Shown: positions 37,001 through 48,310 of the stretch, piece after piece | How the letters are laid out: each line of letters begins with the position of its first letter | Position numbering within the stretch: the stretch's first letter is position 1 | NCBI GenBank assembly: GCA_038087875.1 | Contig: CM075987.1 | Span: forward strand, 28,398,001-28,462,000 | Direction of reading: 5' to 3' | DNA: 64,000 bases | DNA from: Malacoraja senta | Lineage: Eukaryota | Notes under the pieces: model-generated | Told to the model about the DNA's origin: nothing | The model's database searches: none | Seen by the model: the letters and a program-made list of their open reading frames with translations, nothing else | Program-made: the position numbers and the translations under genes

Positions 37001-39570
37001 AGTGGTGGGTGAGAAGACTTTTTATGTAGGTGGGGGCAAGCCCATTGAGGGCTTTGTAGACATGGAGGAGGATCTTGAAGTTTATACGGAACCGCACATG
37101 GAGCCAGTGGAGAGAAGCCAGGATCGGGGTGATGTGGTCCCTTTTTCGGGTGCCCGTCAGGAGTCTCGCTGTGCCGTTTTGGACCAGTTGCAGGCGGGAC
37201 AGGGAAGATTGGCTGATGCCAGTGTAAAGGGAGTTGCAGTAATCTAGGCGGGAGGAGATGAATGTGTGGATGATCTTTTCGAGGTCATCAAACTGGAGGA
37301 ATTGTTTTATTTTAGCTATCGTCCGAAGCTGAAAGAAGCTAGCTTTTACCACGGCATTGACTTGTTTGTCAAATTTCAGTGCTGAGTCAAATATCACGCC
37401 AAGGTTTTTGACGTGAGGTTTGAGTAGTGGGGTAAGGCTTCCAAGGCTGCCTGCTATCATTTTGATTGAGTCCGAGGGGCCGAGAAGGATGACCTCAGAC
37501 TTACTCTCGTTTAGTTGGAGGAAGTTCTGGGCCATCCAACACTTTATATCCTCGAGGCAGTGGGTAAGGTTAAACAGATTTGATTGGTTTTTGGGCTTCA
37601 GGGGGAGATAGAGTTGTGTATCGTCTGTGTAGCAATGAAAGGAAATGCCTGCCTTTCAATGACTTGGCCTAAGGGGAGCATATACAGGGAGAAGAGAATG
37701 GGGCCAAGGATGGAACCTTGTGGAACCCCACAACAGAGATTAGCTGGGGAGGAGAAAGAGTTGCCTATGTTAGTCGAGAAACTCCGATAGAAGCATATAA
37801 ATTTATGAGAGGCATTGATAAGGTAGACAGTCAGAACCTTTGTCCTAGAAAGGAAATAACACATACTAGAGGGCATAGCTTTAAGGTGAGAGGGGCAAAA
37901 TTTAAAGAATGTATACGAGGCAAATGTTTTACACAGAGTGGTGAGAGCCTGGAAGGGGTGGTGGAGGAGGCAGCTACAATAGTGGCATTTAGGAGGCTTT
38001 TAGATAGGCACATGGAGGCACAGTTGGAGTATTGTGTCCAGTTTTGGTCACCCTGTTATAGGAAAGATGTTGTTATGCTGGAAAGTGTGCAGAGAAGATT
38101 TACGAGGATGTTGCCAGGACCCGAGCTATAGGGAAAAGTTGGGCAAGCTAGGACTGTATTTCCTGGAGCATAGGAGGATGAGAGGCTCAGTTCAGAGGGA
38201 AATGGGCCAAACGTAAGCAGGTAGGTTAAGTGTAGATGGGGCACCTTTGCCGGCAGGGGCAAGCTGGGCCGAAGGGCCTCTTTGGGCTGCACGACTCTAT
38301 GACTGACTCCATGAACATCTTCTTTGTATTGCAATAGAGCCTGTGACCTTGACTGCCACTGCACCAAGGAGAAACTAATCTTACCTGCTGAGGATCCAGA
38401 GTAAGGGCTTTATTGAATGAAATTACTGCTTCCTCCAAAAGACCCCTGTTCAGGAGAATCTTGCCTCGTTCATAGCTGTAGAAAAGATGTGAACAGTAAA
38501 TCAATGTCTGAGATACAGGACCTTAACTATAGAGTGCGTTTTTGTGTAAACTATATCACAGTACGGTGGTATTTGTAAGAACAGTGTTGATAGATGACCT
38601 GTACATAAAGAACGTGCAGAAAGGGAAGCCATGATATTGAAGGGTTTCGGCCCAAAACGTTGCCTATTTCCTTCGCTCCATAGATGCTGCTGCACCCGCT
38701 GTGTTTCTCCAGCATTTTTGTGTACCCATGATATTTCTAATGGATTCTGAAGTCTCCTGGAACAGGTAAGTGATTCCCCCTGGTGGTCAAAGAAGAGCAT
38801 TGTCGAATACTCCCCCTAGGGCTTTTCCTCTTTAGTTTCGTTTAGTTTAGAGATACTGGGCGGAAACAGACCCTTCGGCCCACTGAGTCCGCACCAACCA
38901 GCGCCCACCGTACATTAACACTATCCTACACATTTAGGGACAATTTACATTGCATGCAACTTAGGGGAGGTTCTGACGGGGAGCAGCGGGTGGAATGCAG
39001 GGGCTTTGGCAATAGTCTGTATGCCTCGTGGTCATTAAACTTAAACTACTTGTTGTTATTTCCACAACTTCATACATCTGGTGCTGTAAAGCAGCAACTC
39101 TACCACTGTGCTTTTGTCTTTTATGAGCATCGGGTGCCATGTGACTCAGTTTCTCCAGTTCCATTCTTTTTGTTAGTCACAATAACATACTGTTGACGTA
39201 CCATGCTCTCTGAACTAGAGATCGCTCTTCTCCACTGAAACTCTAAAATGTGACCCATATAAATCAATGCCACAGCAATAATATTTTATATTTGCTATGC
39301 GATCATATCACTGATCACAGTGAAGAACAAACAAATTTATTTTACGTCTAAAGCCTTCTCTTACAGCATCCATGTCTGCTGTTATACTCACTGTTCTTTA
39401 GCCCGATCATTTATAATATCCGACATAACATAATTTCTCTTCTCTATGGTGTCCAGAGAAAAAATCTTACTGGATCCAAATAGATTTTGTCGTGATTCCT
39501 CTGTGGCCGCAGCCAGTTGTTCTTCAGATAATGCTGTGGGAAACACTCCTGCTTCCAACATGATTGTATC
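18928..39570 (-). CDS. TTC16: Tetratricopeptide repeat protein 16 (gene span of 10 resolved coding exons; C-terminal exons unresolved)
   Basis: Exons join in frame with GT-AG sites. Peptides such as [23 protein letters not shown]....[14 protein letters not shown] and LFPG.S..E match recalled human TTC16. Confidence 0.93.
19498..19770 (+). mobile_element. V-SINE (HE1-like)
   Basis: Same head, core and tail. Confidence 0.8.
19971..20350 (+). mobile_element. CR1 3' end
   Basis: RTRGHSL...[13 protein letters not shown] and a (TTCTATGT)n tail. Confidence 0.9.
20377..20542 (-). CDS. TTC16: TTC16 exon (TPR)
   Basis: [33 protein letters not shown]...[12 protein letters not shown]; 166 nt, phase 2 to 0. 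Confidence 0.92.
21009..21150 (-). CDS. TTC16: TTC16 exon (TPR)
   Basis: (D)[46 protein letters not shown](R); 142 nt, phase 1 to 2. Confidence 0.92.
22340..22685. mobile_element. Penelope-like GIY-YIG region fragments in inverted arrangement
   Basis: [15 protein letters not shown] and [28 protein letters not shown] on +; the preceding segment is its reverse complement. Confidence 0.7.
23403..23650 (-). CDS. TTC16: TTC16 exon (TPR)
   Basis: [18 protein letters not shown]...[46 protein letters not shown]; 248 nt, phase 2 to 1. Confidence 0.95.
24900..25250. repeat. (TA)/(CA)/(TG) compound microsatellite
   Basis: Direct reading. Confidence 0.9.
27048..27262 (-). CDS. TTC16: TTC16 exon (TPR)
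   Basis: [21 protein letters not shown]...[14 protein letters not shown](R); 215 nt, phase 0 to 2. Confidence 0.92.
28115..28244 (-). CDS. TTC16: TTC16 exon (TPR)
   Basis: [43 protein letters not shown]; 130 nt, phase 2 to 0. Confidence 0.92.
29061..32690 (-). mobile_element. Young CR1 LINE (part of esterase ORF1 plus frameshifted EN/RT ORF2) in a TTC16 intron
   Basis: ORF1 SGNH-esterase motifs ([20 protein letters not shown]), APE endonuclease (LNARSI, ITETWL, GDFN, SDH), RT motifs and 3' tail. Confidence 0.93.
32691..33150 (+). mobile_element. CR1 3' fragment
   Basis: [11 protein letters not shown]...[14 protein letters not shown]. Confidence 0.8.
33165..33265 (-). CDS. TTC16: TTC16 exon (TPR)
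   Basis: [33 protein letters not shown]; 101 nt, phase 0 to 2. Not in the ORF track; found by reading. Confidence 0.9.
34027..34360 (+). mobile_element. tRNA-derived V-SINE (HE1-like)
   Basis: tRNA-like A/B-box head, central GTTTCCTCCCACACTCCAAAGAC, CR1-derived GCCGAAGGGCCTGTTTC tail and (CTAAA)n. Confidence 0.85.
34950..35350 (+). mobile_element. CR1 fragment within an older CR1
   Basis: [10 protein letters not shown]...[13 protein letters not shown]. Confidence 0.8.
35728..35871 (-). CDS. TTC16: TTC16 exon (TPR)
   Basis: [48 protein letters not shown]; 144 nt, phase 0 to 0. Confidence 0.92.
35950..36245 (-). mobile_element. V-SINE (HE1-like)
   Basis: Reverse-complement copy with (TTTAG)n tail. 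Confidence 0.8.
36659..37783 (-). mobile_element. L2 LINE 3' fragment inserted in a CR1
   Basis: [45 protein letters not shown]; short-repeat tail. Confidence 0.9.
38385..38475 (-). CDS. TTC16: TTC16 exon (TPR)
   Basis: [30 protein letters not shown]; 91 nt, phase 2 to 0, GTAAG donor. Confidence 0.92.
39392..39570 (-). CDS. TTC16: TTC16 exon (N-terminal; in-frame ATG at 39561)
   Basis: [37 protein letters not shown]...DRAKE(H); CAG acceptor, GTGAGT donor; 179 nt, ends phase 2. Confidence 0.85.
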
Positions 39571-40854
39571 CTGTAGAAAGAGAACATTGAATCATCAAGA
39601 GCCTTTGCCAGCCGAGTGTAACAGATCATCGAGAGGGCAATCTTGAGTCATTGAAACAATTGACAAAGGTTTTTTTGTGTACAATGTTGCAGACCAGGGC
39701 AATTGTAGGGTTGGATTGTGCTAAGAAAGAGGAAGGGTTTTTTATTGATTGTTACTTTTCAATAAATAACCAGGCAATTATGACATTGGAAAAGTAAAGA
39801 CTTCCATTGGCATTAAAATATAAATGGATTCCCAAAGCTGAAATGCAGCATTGTGTGTAGCTGCCTATGGGAATGTAGTGCATGGGCCTTGTCTAGCAGG
39901 TAGTCACTTGTCATCACCTGCTGCTGCCTGGGTTTACCTGAACTAATAAACACACATCCTCCCCACACTCCACAGGGCCTGAAATAAAATGAATGGAAAA
40001 TGCTGGAAAGACTCAGCAGGTCAGGTCAGCATTTCTGAGAAAATAAATAGTCAACATTTCACATCAGAGTTAGAGAATGAAGAGGAGGGAGGGATTATCT
40101 CTGATAGGGTGAAACTAAATGAGGTAATGTGATAAGCTGAAAAATAAATTTAACCTAAAAAAATAATTTAGAGGTTTTTGTTTATCCCCTCTTACCTCAA
40201 CCAAATTTTGGCACTGATCTTCTTCCCTCTTTTCCTCCTCCTTGGGTTCCTCCATGATTCTATGGGTCTTCTAGATTCTTTGTAACTTGCCGTTCATTGC
40301 AAGGAAGGTGTGCATATCTTGTAATAAAACCTTGACCACTAAAAAAAAGGAATTCTAAATTTCCATTGTTGATGTGTCAATGTGTCCATGACGCTCCTCT
40401 AGTATCTTTGCTTGGGCCTTCAATCAAAGATTGTGCCTTCCTGTTCTGGATTATCCCACAAGTTGAAATTCAGTCAATTACCCAAGTTTATATATTTTTC
40501 AGCAACACCCTCTCATTAGAATTAACCCTAACGCTTCTGAGGGTGTGCATTCAACACAAACAAAGGTATTTTCAAAATGGGGGTGGGGGGGAGAGGCAGA
40601 ATGGAGCTGGCGGCCAACAGGCTGATGATACAGGAGCTTACCTGACTTTTTCCTGCCCCACCTCTCTCCCAGCTTTCTCCCCACCACCACAATTAACCCG
40701 AAGAAGGGTTCCCTGACCATCTGAGTTACTCCAGCACTTTGTGCTCCCCCACCACGATGCCCGCGCTGTTTTCAAGGGTGGGGTCTGAACGCTGACATTT
40801 CTCGGCGACAACGTAATGCACGGAACCGTCTTTAATAAATCACACCCTTTACCC

Positions 40855-41170
40855 ACCTACACCTTTGAGCGGGAATAGAACTGGCCACAGCGACCGCGAC
40901 CATTGACTTGTTGTTGCCGCCGCCAACTTCCGGGTCGACTTGTATCCGTCCTGTTGCTATGGGTAACACGCGTCATGTTGCTATGGGGAACCGGCGTCAT
41001 GTTGCTATGGGTAACACGCGTCCTGTTGCTATGGGGAACACGCGTCCTGTTGCTATGGGTAACCGGCGTCTTGTTGCTATGGGTAACACGCGTCCTGTTG
41101 CTATGGGTGACCTGTTGCTATGTGGAACCGGCGTCATGTTGCTATGGATGACCTGTTGCTATGGGGAACC
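40855..41170 (-). promoter_or_regulatory. Putative TTC16 promoter/first exon with tandem RFX X-box array
   Basis: CpG-rich patch 1.3 kb upstream of the first resolved exon. Contains donor-like sites near 40855, an ATG at 40903, an ETS-like ACTTCCGG and ten GTTGCTATG(G/T)NNRAC motifs. Confidence 0.7.
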
Positions 41171-41504
41171 AGCATTCAGGATTCAGGATGGCCAATGCAA
41201 AAAAAAAGACCCAGAGTGCTGGAGTAACTCAGCGGGTCAGGCAGGATCTGCGGAGAACATGGATAGGTGATGTTCAGTCCTAAGGTCATAAGGTCATAAG
41301 TAATAGGTGTAGAATTAGGCCATTCGGCCCGTCAAGTCCTCTCCGTCATTCAATCATGGCTGATCTATCTCCCTCCTAACCCCATTCAGGTGATACAGGT
41401 GAGGGAGTGAGTGGTAGATGGGTGGAGTAAGTGACAAACACTAGAGATGAAAAGGTGACAACGTGTTGGATAAATATAGGAGTGAAACGTAACCTAGAGG
41501 GGGG

Positions 41505-42320
41505 GTGTGAAGGTGATACTAGGAGACTGCAAGGTGACTTGGATAGGCTGGGTGAGTGGGCAAATGTTTGGCAGATGCAGTATAATGTGGATAAATGTGA
41601 GGTTATCCACTTTGGTGGCAAAAACAGGAAGGCAGACTATTATCTAAATGGTGGCTGATTAGGAAATGGGGAGATGCAGCGAGACCTGGGTGTCATGGTA
41701 CACCAGTCATTGAAAGTAGGCATGCAGGTGCAGCAGGCAGTGAAGAAAGCGAATGGTATGTTAGCTTTCATAGCAAAAGGATTTGAGTATAGGAGCAGGG
41801 AAGTTCTACTGCAGTTGTACAGGGTCTTGGTGAGACCACACCTGGAGTATTGCGTACAGTTTTGGTCTCCAAATCTGAGGAAGGACATTATAGCCATAGA
41901 GGGAGTGCAGAGAAGGTTCACCAGACTGATTCCTGGGATGTCAGGACTTTCATATGAAGAAAGACTGGATAGACTTGGCTTATACTCGCTAGAATTTAGG
42001 AGATTGAGAGGGGATCTTATAGAAACGTACAAAATTCTTATGGGGTTGGACAGGCTAGATGCAGGAAGATTGTTCCCGATGTTGGGGAAGTCCAGGACAA
42101 GGGGTCACAGCTTAAGGATAAGGGGGAAATCCTTTAAGACCGAGATGAGAAAAATCTTTTTCACACAGAGAGTGGTGAATCTCTGGAACTCTCTGCCACA
42201 GAGGGTAGTTGAGGCCAGTTCATTGGCTATATTTAAGAGGGAGTTAGATGTGGCCCTTGTGGCTAAAGGGATCAGGGGGTATGGAGAGAAGGCAGGTACG
42301 GGATACTGAGTTGGATACTG
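41505..42320 (+). mobile_element. CR1 3' fragment (young)
   Basis: 211-aa ORF of the CR1 ORF2 C-terminus. Confidence 0.9.
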
Positions 42321-42497
42321 AGATGGGAGATGATCTTACTGAGGAAGGGAAACCTCCCTCTTTCCCTGCACCCCCACCCTGGCATGCACTCTTCTCCCAC
42401 CACCCCAGTCACTCTGCTCCTCGCACTTCCTCTGTACGCTCATCTCCCATCTGGATTACAAGGGATCCTGGGAGAGATAGCTGACTGAATATGAAAT

Positions 42498-42865
42498 TCT
42501 CTCTCTCTACCTCTCTCTCCCCCTCCTCCCCCTCTCTCTCTCTCTCCCCCCCTCCTCCCCTCTCTCTCTCCCCCCTCCTCCCCTCTCTCTCTCTCCCCTC
42601 TATCCCTCTCTCCCCCCTCCTCCCCTCTCTCTCTCTCCCCCTCCTCCCCTCTCTCCCTCCTCCTCCCCCCTCTCTCTCTCCCCCCCTCCTCCCCTCTCTC
42701 CCTCTCTCCCCCTCCCCTCTCTCTCTCCCCCTCCTCCCCTCTCTCTCTCACTCCCCCCTCCTCCCCTCTCTCTCTCTCTCTCTCTCCCCCTCCTCCCCTC
42801 TCTCTCTCTCTCCCCCCCTCCTCTCTCTCTCCCTCTCTCTCCCCCCTCTCTCTCTTTCCTCCTTT
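42498..42865. repeat. CT-rich low-complexity repeat
   Basis: Direct reading. Confidence 0.9.
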
Positions 42866-43302
42866 TAATAAATTATTAGATTTTAATATTATTAAACAAA
42901 CTCGATCCTGGTGTTGATGTTCTGTGTTGTGTGCGGACCCCACCACAGGTCTGTGGGGGCTAGGGTGGGGAGGGGCAGTGGGTGGAGGGGGGGGGGGAAC
43001 TGCTGGTATCTGATGACCACCACACCCATGTGACCAGGTGCAGCTCCTTAAAGCCCACGTTAGGGAACAAGGAGCAGCTGGTTGACCTCAGGACCATCCT
43101 GGAGACAGAACCTCTTGGACAGGATGTGGAGAGAGGTTGTCACGTGGATGCCCAGCACGAGAGAAGGTGGTTCCTCGAGGTAGGGAATGAGACGGTGCTG
43201 TGAGACTCAAGAATGGAGGGTGATGAGGGGAAGTATAGGGGACAGAATAGGCAGCGAGGAAGGCAGAACTGCAGGTGCTGCTTAAACCGGAGACAGACAC
43301 AA

Positions 43303-43755
43303 AAAGCTGGAGTAACTCAGCGGGTCAGGCAGCATTTCTGGAGTAACTCAGTGGGTCAGGCAGCATTTCTGGAGTAAAGCTGGAGTAACTCAGCGGGTCA
43401 GGCAGCATTTCTGGAGTAACTCAGTGGGTCAGGCAGCATTTCTGGAGTAAAGCTGGAGTAACTCAGTGGGTCGGGCAGCATTTCTGGAGTAAAAGCTGGA
43501 GTAACTCAGTGGGTCAGGCAGCATTTCTGGAGTAACTCAGTGGGTCGGGCAGCATTTCTGGAGTAACTCAGTGGGTCGGGCAGCATTTCTGGAGTAAAGC
43601 TGGAGTAACTCAGTGGGTCAGGCAGCATTTCTGGAGTAAAGCTGGAGTAACTCAGTGGGTCAGGCAGCATTTCTGGAGTAACTCAGTGGGTCGGGCAGCA
43701 TTTCTGGAGTAAAGCTGGAGTAACTCAGTGGGTCAGGCAGCATTTCTGGAGTAAA
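43303..43755. repeat. Minisatellite derived from the Penelope terminal-repeat segment
   Basis: Tandem CTGGAGTAACTCAG(T/C)GGGTC(A/G)GGCAGCATTT units with an optional CTGGAGTAAAG spacer. Confidence 0.9.
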
Positions 43756-44459
43756 CGACCAGGTGATGTTTTGGGCCGAGACCCTTCTGAGGAAGGAACA
43801 TTGTTTTAACTTGGACGTACTTTAATGACGGCTAAAGCAGATGAGCTTGGGGGCATGGATAGGAACGTTGTACCTGGTTCAGGGAGGGGCAGGGCTGGCA
43901 GCTTGGGGCATGCATAAGTACATTGTACCTAGTTCAGGTAGGGGCAGGTCTGGCAGCTTGGGGCATGGATAGGTACATTGTACCTGGTTCAGGGAGGGGC
44001 AGGGCTGGCAGCTCAATGTTCCGGGGTACAGGAGCTTCTGGAGAGACAGGGGTGAGGGTAAAGGAGTGGGGGGGGGGGTTGCATTGTAGGTTAAGGAGGA
44101 TGTCACGGCTGTGTTCAGAGGTAACATTACAGACGGTTTGTCTAGAGATGCTATATGGGTGGAGCTGAGGAACAAGAAAGGGATGATCACCTTGTTGGGG
44201 GTGTACTACAGACCTCCAAATAGTCAATGGGAATTAGAGCAGATATGCCGGGAGATTGCAGGTGAAAAGTTGTTGTAGATGGGGATGTTGACGTTCCCAA
44301 TATTGACTGGGATAGTCATAGTGTGAATGGTTGTTGTAGATGGGGATCACAATATTGACTGGGATAGTCATAGTGTGAATGGTTTAGACAGGGTGAAAAT
44401 TGTCAAATGTGTTCAGGAGAGTTTTCTCCAGCAGTCAGAGCCTCACATATGAGAAGCTG

Positions 44460-44735
44460 GTCACGCTGCCTCGATCCTGACTATGGGTGCTGTCTGTACG
44501 GTGGAGTTTGCACGTTCTCCCCGTGACCTGCGTGGTATTTCTCCGAGATCTTCGGTTTCCTTCCACACTCCAAAGTTGTACAGGTTTGCAGGTTAATTGG
44601 CTTGGTGTAAATGTAAAAATTGTCCCTAGTGGGTGTAGGATAGTGTTAATGTGCGGGGATCGCTGGTTGGCGTGGACCCAGTGGGCCGAAGGGCCTGTTT
44701 CCCTGCTGTATCTCTAAACTAAAACTCCAAAACTA
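44460..44735 (+). mobile_element. V-SINE (HE1-like)
   Basis: Core and tail present. Confidence 0.8.
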
Positions 44736-45593
44736 AAACCTGATGTCGTCTAGGGACATTGGGAAGGGCAAGTGGATGAAGTGTTCATGGAGCAATAACC
44801 ACTGTTTGATTAGGTTTAAGATGGTTCTGGACAGGGCCCATGTGTTCAAATTCTAAGGTAGATAAAAATGCTGGAGAAACTCAGCAGGTGAGGCAGTATC
44901 TATGGAGCGAAGGAAATGGGCAACGTTTCGGGTCGAGACCCTTCTTCAGACTGTTCAAATTCTAAATTGGGGCAAGGCCAACTTTCTTCTTGTGTATGGC
45001 GTGCACAGCCTAAAGTTGTAGGACAACTTGTTCTATTCGATTGTGCACGCCAGGTTGATTGCATTCTGTGAAACAGGGCAGACCACGTGAAGGTTGCAAT
45101 CTCCCACCCCCAAGGCCAACTTTGAGGGGATGAGACAGGAACTCACTCAAGTTGACCGGAACAGGTTGTTGGAAGGAAAAGGAATGTCAGGGAAGAGGAA
45201 TGTTTTTAAAAGTGCTGACAAGAGTTCAGGACATACATGTCCTTGTTAGAGTGAGGGGTAAAGCAAGCTTGGCTGATGAGGGAAATTGAGGCTTTGGCCA
45301 AGAGTTAGAGTTGGGACAGCTGGGATCAGGTGCATGCCTGGAGGAGTTTTGGGAACTAAGGTGCAAGGTAAAAAAGGAAATAAGGTGATCACATATAGCT
45401 CTATAGCTTTGGCAGATGTACAAAGGACAATCTCAAGAGATTGTATAAAGGGTAGCCAGAGAGAGTCAAGTCAAGAGAGTTTATTGTCATGTGTCCCAGA
45501 TAGGACAATGACATTCTTGCTTGCTGCAGCACAACAGAGTATTTTAGGCATAAATACAGATCAGATCAGTGTGACCATATACCATACAATATA

Positions 45594-47187
45594 CAGTGTC
45601 TTGCAAAAGTATTCATACCCCTTGAATTTTTCCACATTTTGTCACGTTACAACCACAAATGTAAATATATTTTATTGGGATTTTATGTGATAGACCAACA
45701 CAAAGTGGTGCATAATTGTGAAGTGGAAGGAAAATGATACATGGTTTTCAAATTAAAAAAAAAAAAAAAACTGAAAAGTGTGGTGTGCAAAAGTATTCAG
45801 CCCCCTTTACTCTGATACCCCTAAATAAAATCCAGTGCAACCAATTGCCTTCAGAAATCACCTAATTAGTAAATAGAGTCCACTTGTGTATAATCTAATC
45901 TCAGTATAAATACAGCTGTTCTGTGAAGGCCTCAGAGGTTTGTTAGAGAACATTAGTGAACAAACAGCACCATGAAGCCCAAGGAACACACCAGACAGGT
46001 CAGGGATAAAGTTGTGGAGAAGTTTAAAGCAGGGTTAGGTTATAAAAAAATATCCCAAGCTTTGAACATCTCACGGAGCACTGTTCAATCCATCATCCGA
46101 AAATGGAAAGAGTATGGCACAACTGCAAACCTACCAAGACATGGCCGTCCACCTAAACTGACAGGCCGGGCAAGGAGAGCATTGATCAGAGAAGCAGCCA
46201 AGAGGCCCATGGTAACTCTGGAGGAGCTGCAGAGATCCACAGCTCAGGTGGGAGAATCTGTCCACAGGACAACTATTAGTCGTGCACTCCACAAATCGGG
46301 CCTTTATGGAAGAGTGGCAAGAAGAAAGCCATTGTTGAAAAAAAGCCATAAGAAGTCCCGTTTGCAGTTTGCCACAAGCCATGTGGGGGACACAGCAAAC
46401 ATGTGGAGGAAGGTGCTCTGGTCAGATGAGACCAAAATTGAAGTTTTTGGCCTAAATGCAAAACGCTATGTGGCGGAAACCTAACACTGCACATCACCCT
46501 GAACACACCATCCCCACTGTGAAACATGGTGGTGGCAGCATCATGCTGTGGGGATGCTTTTCTTCAGAGTTGATGGGAAGATGGTTGGAGCCAAATACAG
46601 GGCAATCTTGGAAAAAAACCTGTTAGAGTCTGCAAAAGACTTGAGACTGGGGCGGAGGTTCACCTTCCAGCAGGACAACGACCCTAAACATACAGCCAGA
46701 GCTACAATGGAATGATTTAGATCAAAGCATATTCATGTGTTAGAATGGCCCAGTCAAAGTCCAGACCTAAATCCAATTGAGAATCTCTGGCAAGACTTGA
46801 AAATTGCTGTTCACAGACGCTCTCCATCCAATCTGACTGAGCTTGAGCTATTTTGCAAAAAAGAATGGGCAAAAATTTCAGTCTCTAGATGTGCAAAGCT
46901 GGTAGAGACATACCCCAAAAGACTTGCAGCTGTAATTGCAGCGAAACGTGGTTCTACAAAGTATTGACTCAGGGGGGCTGAATACTTTTGCACGCCACAC
47001 TTTTCAGTTTTTTATTTCAGTAAAAAAATTTGAAAACCATGTATCATTTTCCTTCCACTTCACAATTATGCACCGCTTTGTGTTGGTCTATCACATAAAA
47101 TCCCAATAAAATACATTTACGTTTGTGGTTGTAACGTGACAAAATGTGGAACAGTTCAAGGGGTATGAAAACTTTTACAAGCCACTG
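45594..47187 (+). mobile_element. Tc1/mariner DD34E transposon, Passport (PPTN)-like, full length but inactivated
   Basis: ~215-bp IR/DR-type TIRs starting CAGTG, TA target duplications (45592-93 and 47188-89). Transposase spans 45972-46967 with [14 protein letters not shown] and [11 protein letters not shown]. Frameshift near 46470, deletion near 46567, TGA near 46714. Confidence 0.93.
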
Positions 47188-48310
47188 TATATACACATAT
47201 AACTACACAGATAAAGTGCAATAGGCTGTTATAGTTCAGAGTTTGTTTGAGGTTGCGTATAATAGACTGATGGCTGTGGGGAAGGAGCTGTTCCTGAACC
47301 TGGATGTTGCAGATTTCAGGCTCCTGTACCTTCTACCCGAAGGCAGCGGAGAGATGAGTGTGTGGCCAGGATGGTGTGGGTCCTTGATGATGCTGGCAAC
47401 CTTTTTGAGGCAGCGCCTGCGATAGATCCCCTCGAGAGTGGGACCTCTCGGGGATCAAAGCGGTCACCTCTGTGTGGAGCCACAGGAGATGGACAAGATT
47501 TTACCATGGACAGAGGAACTTGGGGCAGTCGATGGAAGTGTCTTGAGAGCTGACAGTGTTACAGTCAAAGAAGTAGTGCAGGTACTATCGTTTATGAAGG
47601 TAGAAAAATCTCGAGTCTGATCGGATATATCCGAGGACATTGTGGGAAAGTAGAAAGGAGCTAGAATACAAAAAGGATCCAAGGAGATTTACGAGAATGA
47701 TCCCAGGAATCAGTGGGTTAACTTATGATGGGCGTTTGATGGCACTGGGCCTGTACCCGATGGAGTTTAGAAGAATGAGGGGGGACCTTACTGAAATGTA
47801 CAGAATAGTGAAAGGCCTGGATAGAGTGGATGTGGAGAGGATGTTTCCACTAGTGGGAGAGTCTAGGACCAGAGGGCACAGCCTCAGAATTAAAGGACGT
47901 TCCTTTAGGAAGGAGATGAGGAGGAATTTCTTTAGTCAGAAGGTGGTGAATCTATGGGATTCTTTGCCACAGACGGCTGTGGAGGCCACAAGTCAGTGGA
48001 TATTTTTAAGGCAGAGTAGGGGAATCGAGAAGCAGAGGACATGGGTTTAAGCTGAGGGGGTGAGGGAGGGACAGGCAGGGGGTGGGTGAGGGGGGGTAGA
48101 TTTAAAGTTTCATTCATTCAAGGTGAGGGGGAACAGATTTAATAGGAATCTGAGGGGTAACTTTTCCACACAGAGGGTGATGGGTGTATGGAACGAGCTG
48201 CCAGAGGAGGTAGTTGAGGCTGGGACTATCCCAACTTTTAAGAAACAGTTAGACAGGTACATGGACAGGACAGGTTTGCAGGGATATGGACCAAAAGCGG
48301 GCAGGTGGGA

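Larger units (their letters stand above)
43000..47660 (+). mobile_element. Old CR1 skeleton hosting nested SINE, Penelope-derived, Rex1-like and Tc1 insertions
   Basis: Colinear degenerate ORF1, endonuclease (GVYYRPPNS) and tether (HLCVEPQEM) segments separated by insertions. Confidence 0.65.

Noticed and set aside
40950..41170. CRISPR-like periodicity or a coding repeat
   Set aside because: Spacers are short and near-identical; better explained as an X-box minisatellite.
41170..43300. Head-to-head partner gene of TTC16 (such as PTRH1)
   Set aside because: Only CR1, Penelope-derived and low-complexity sequence found; no exons recognised.
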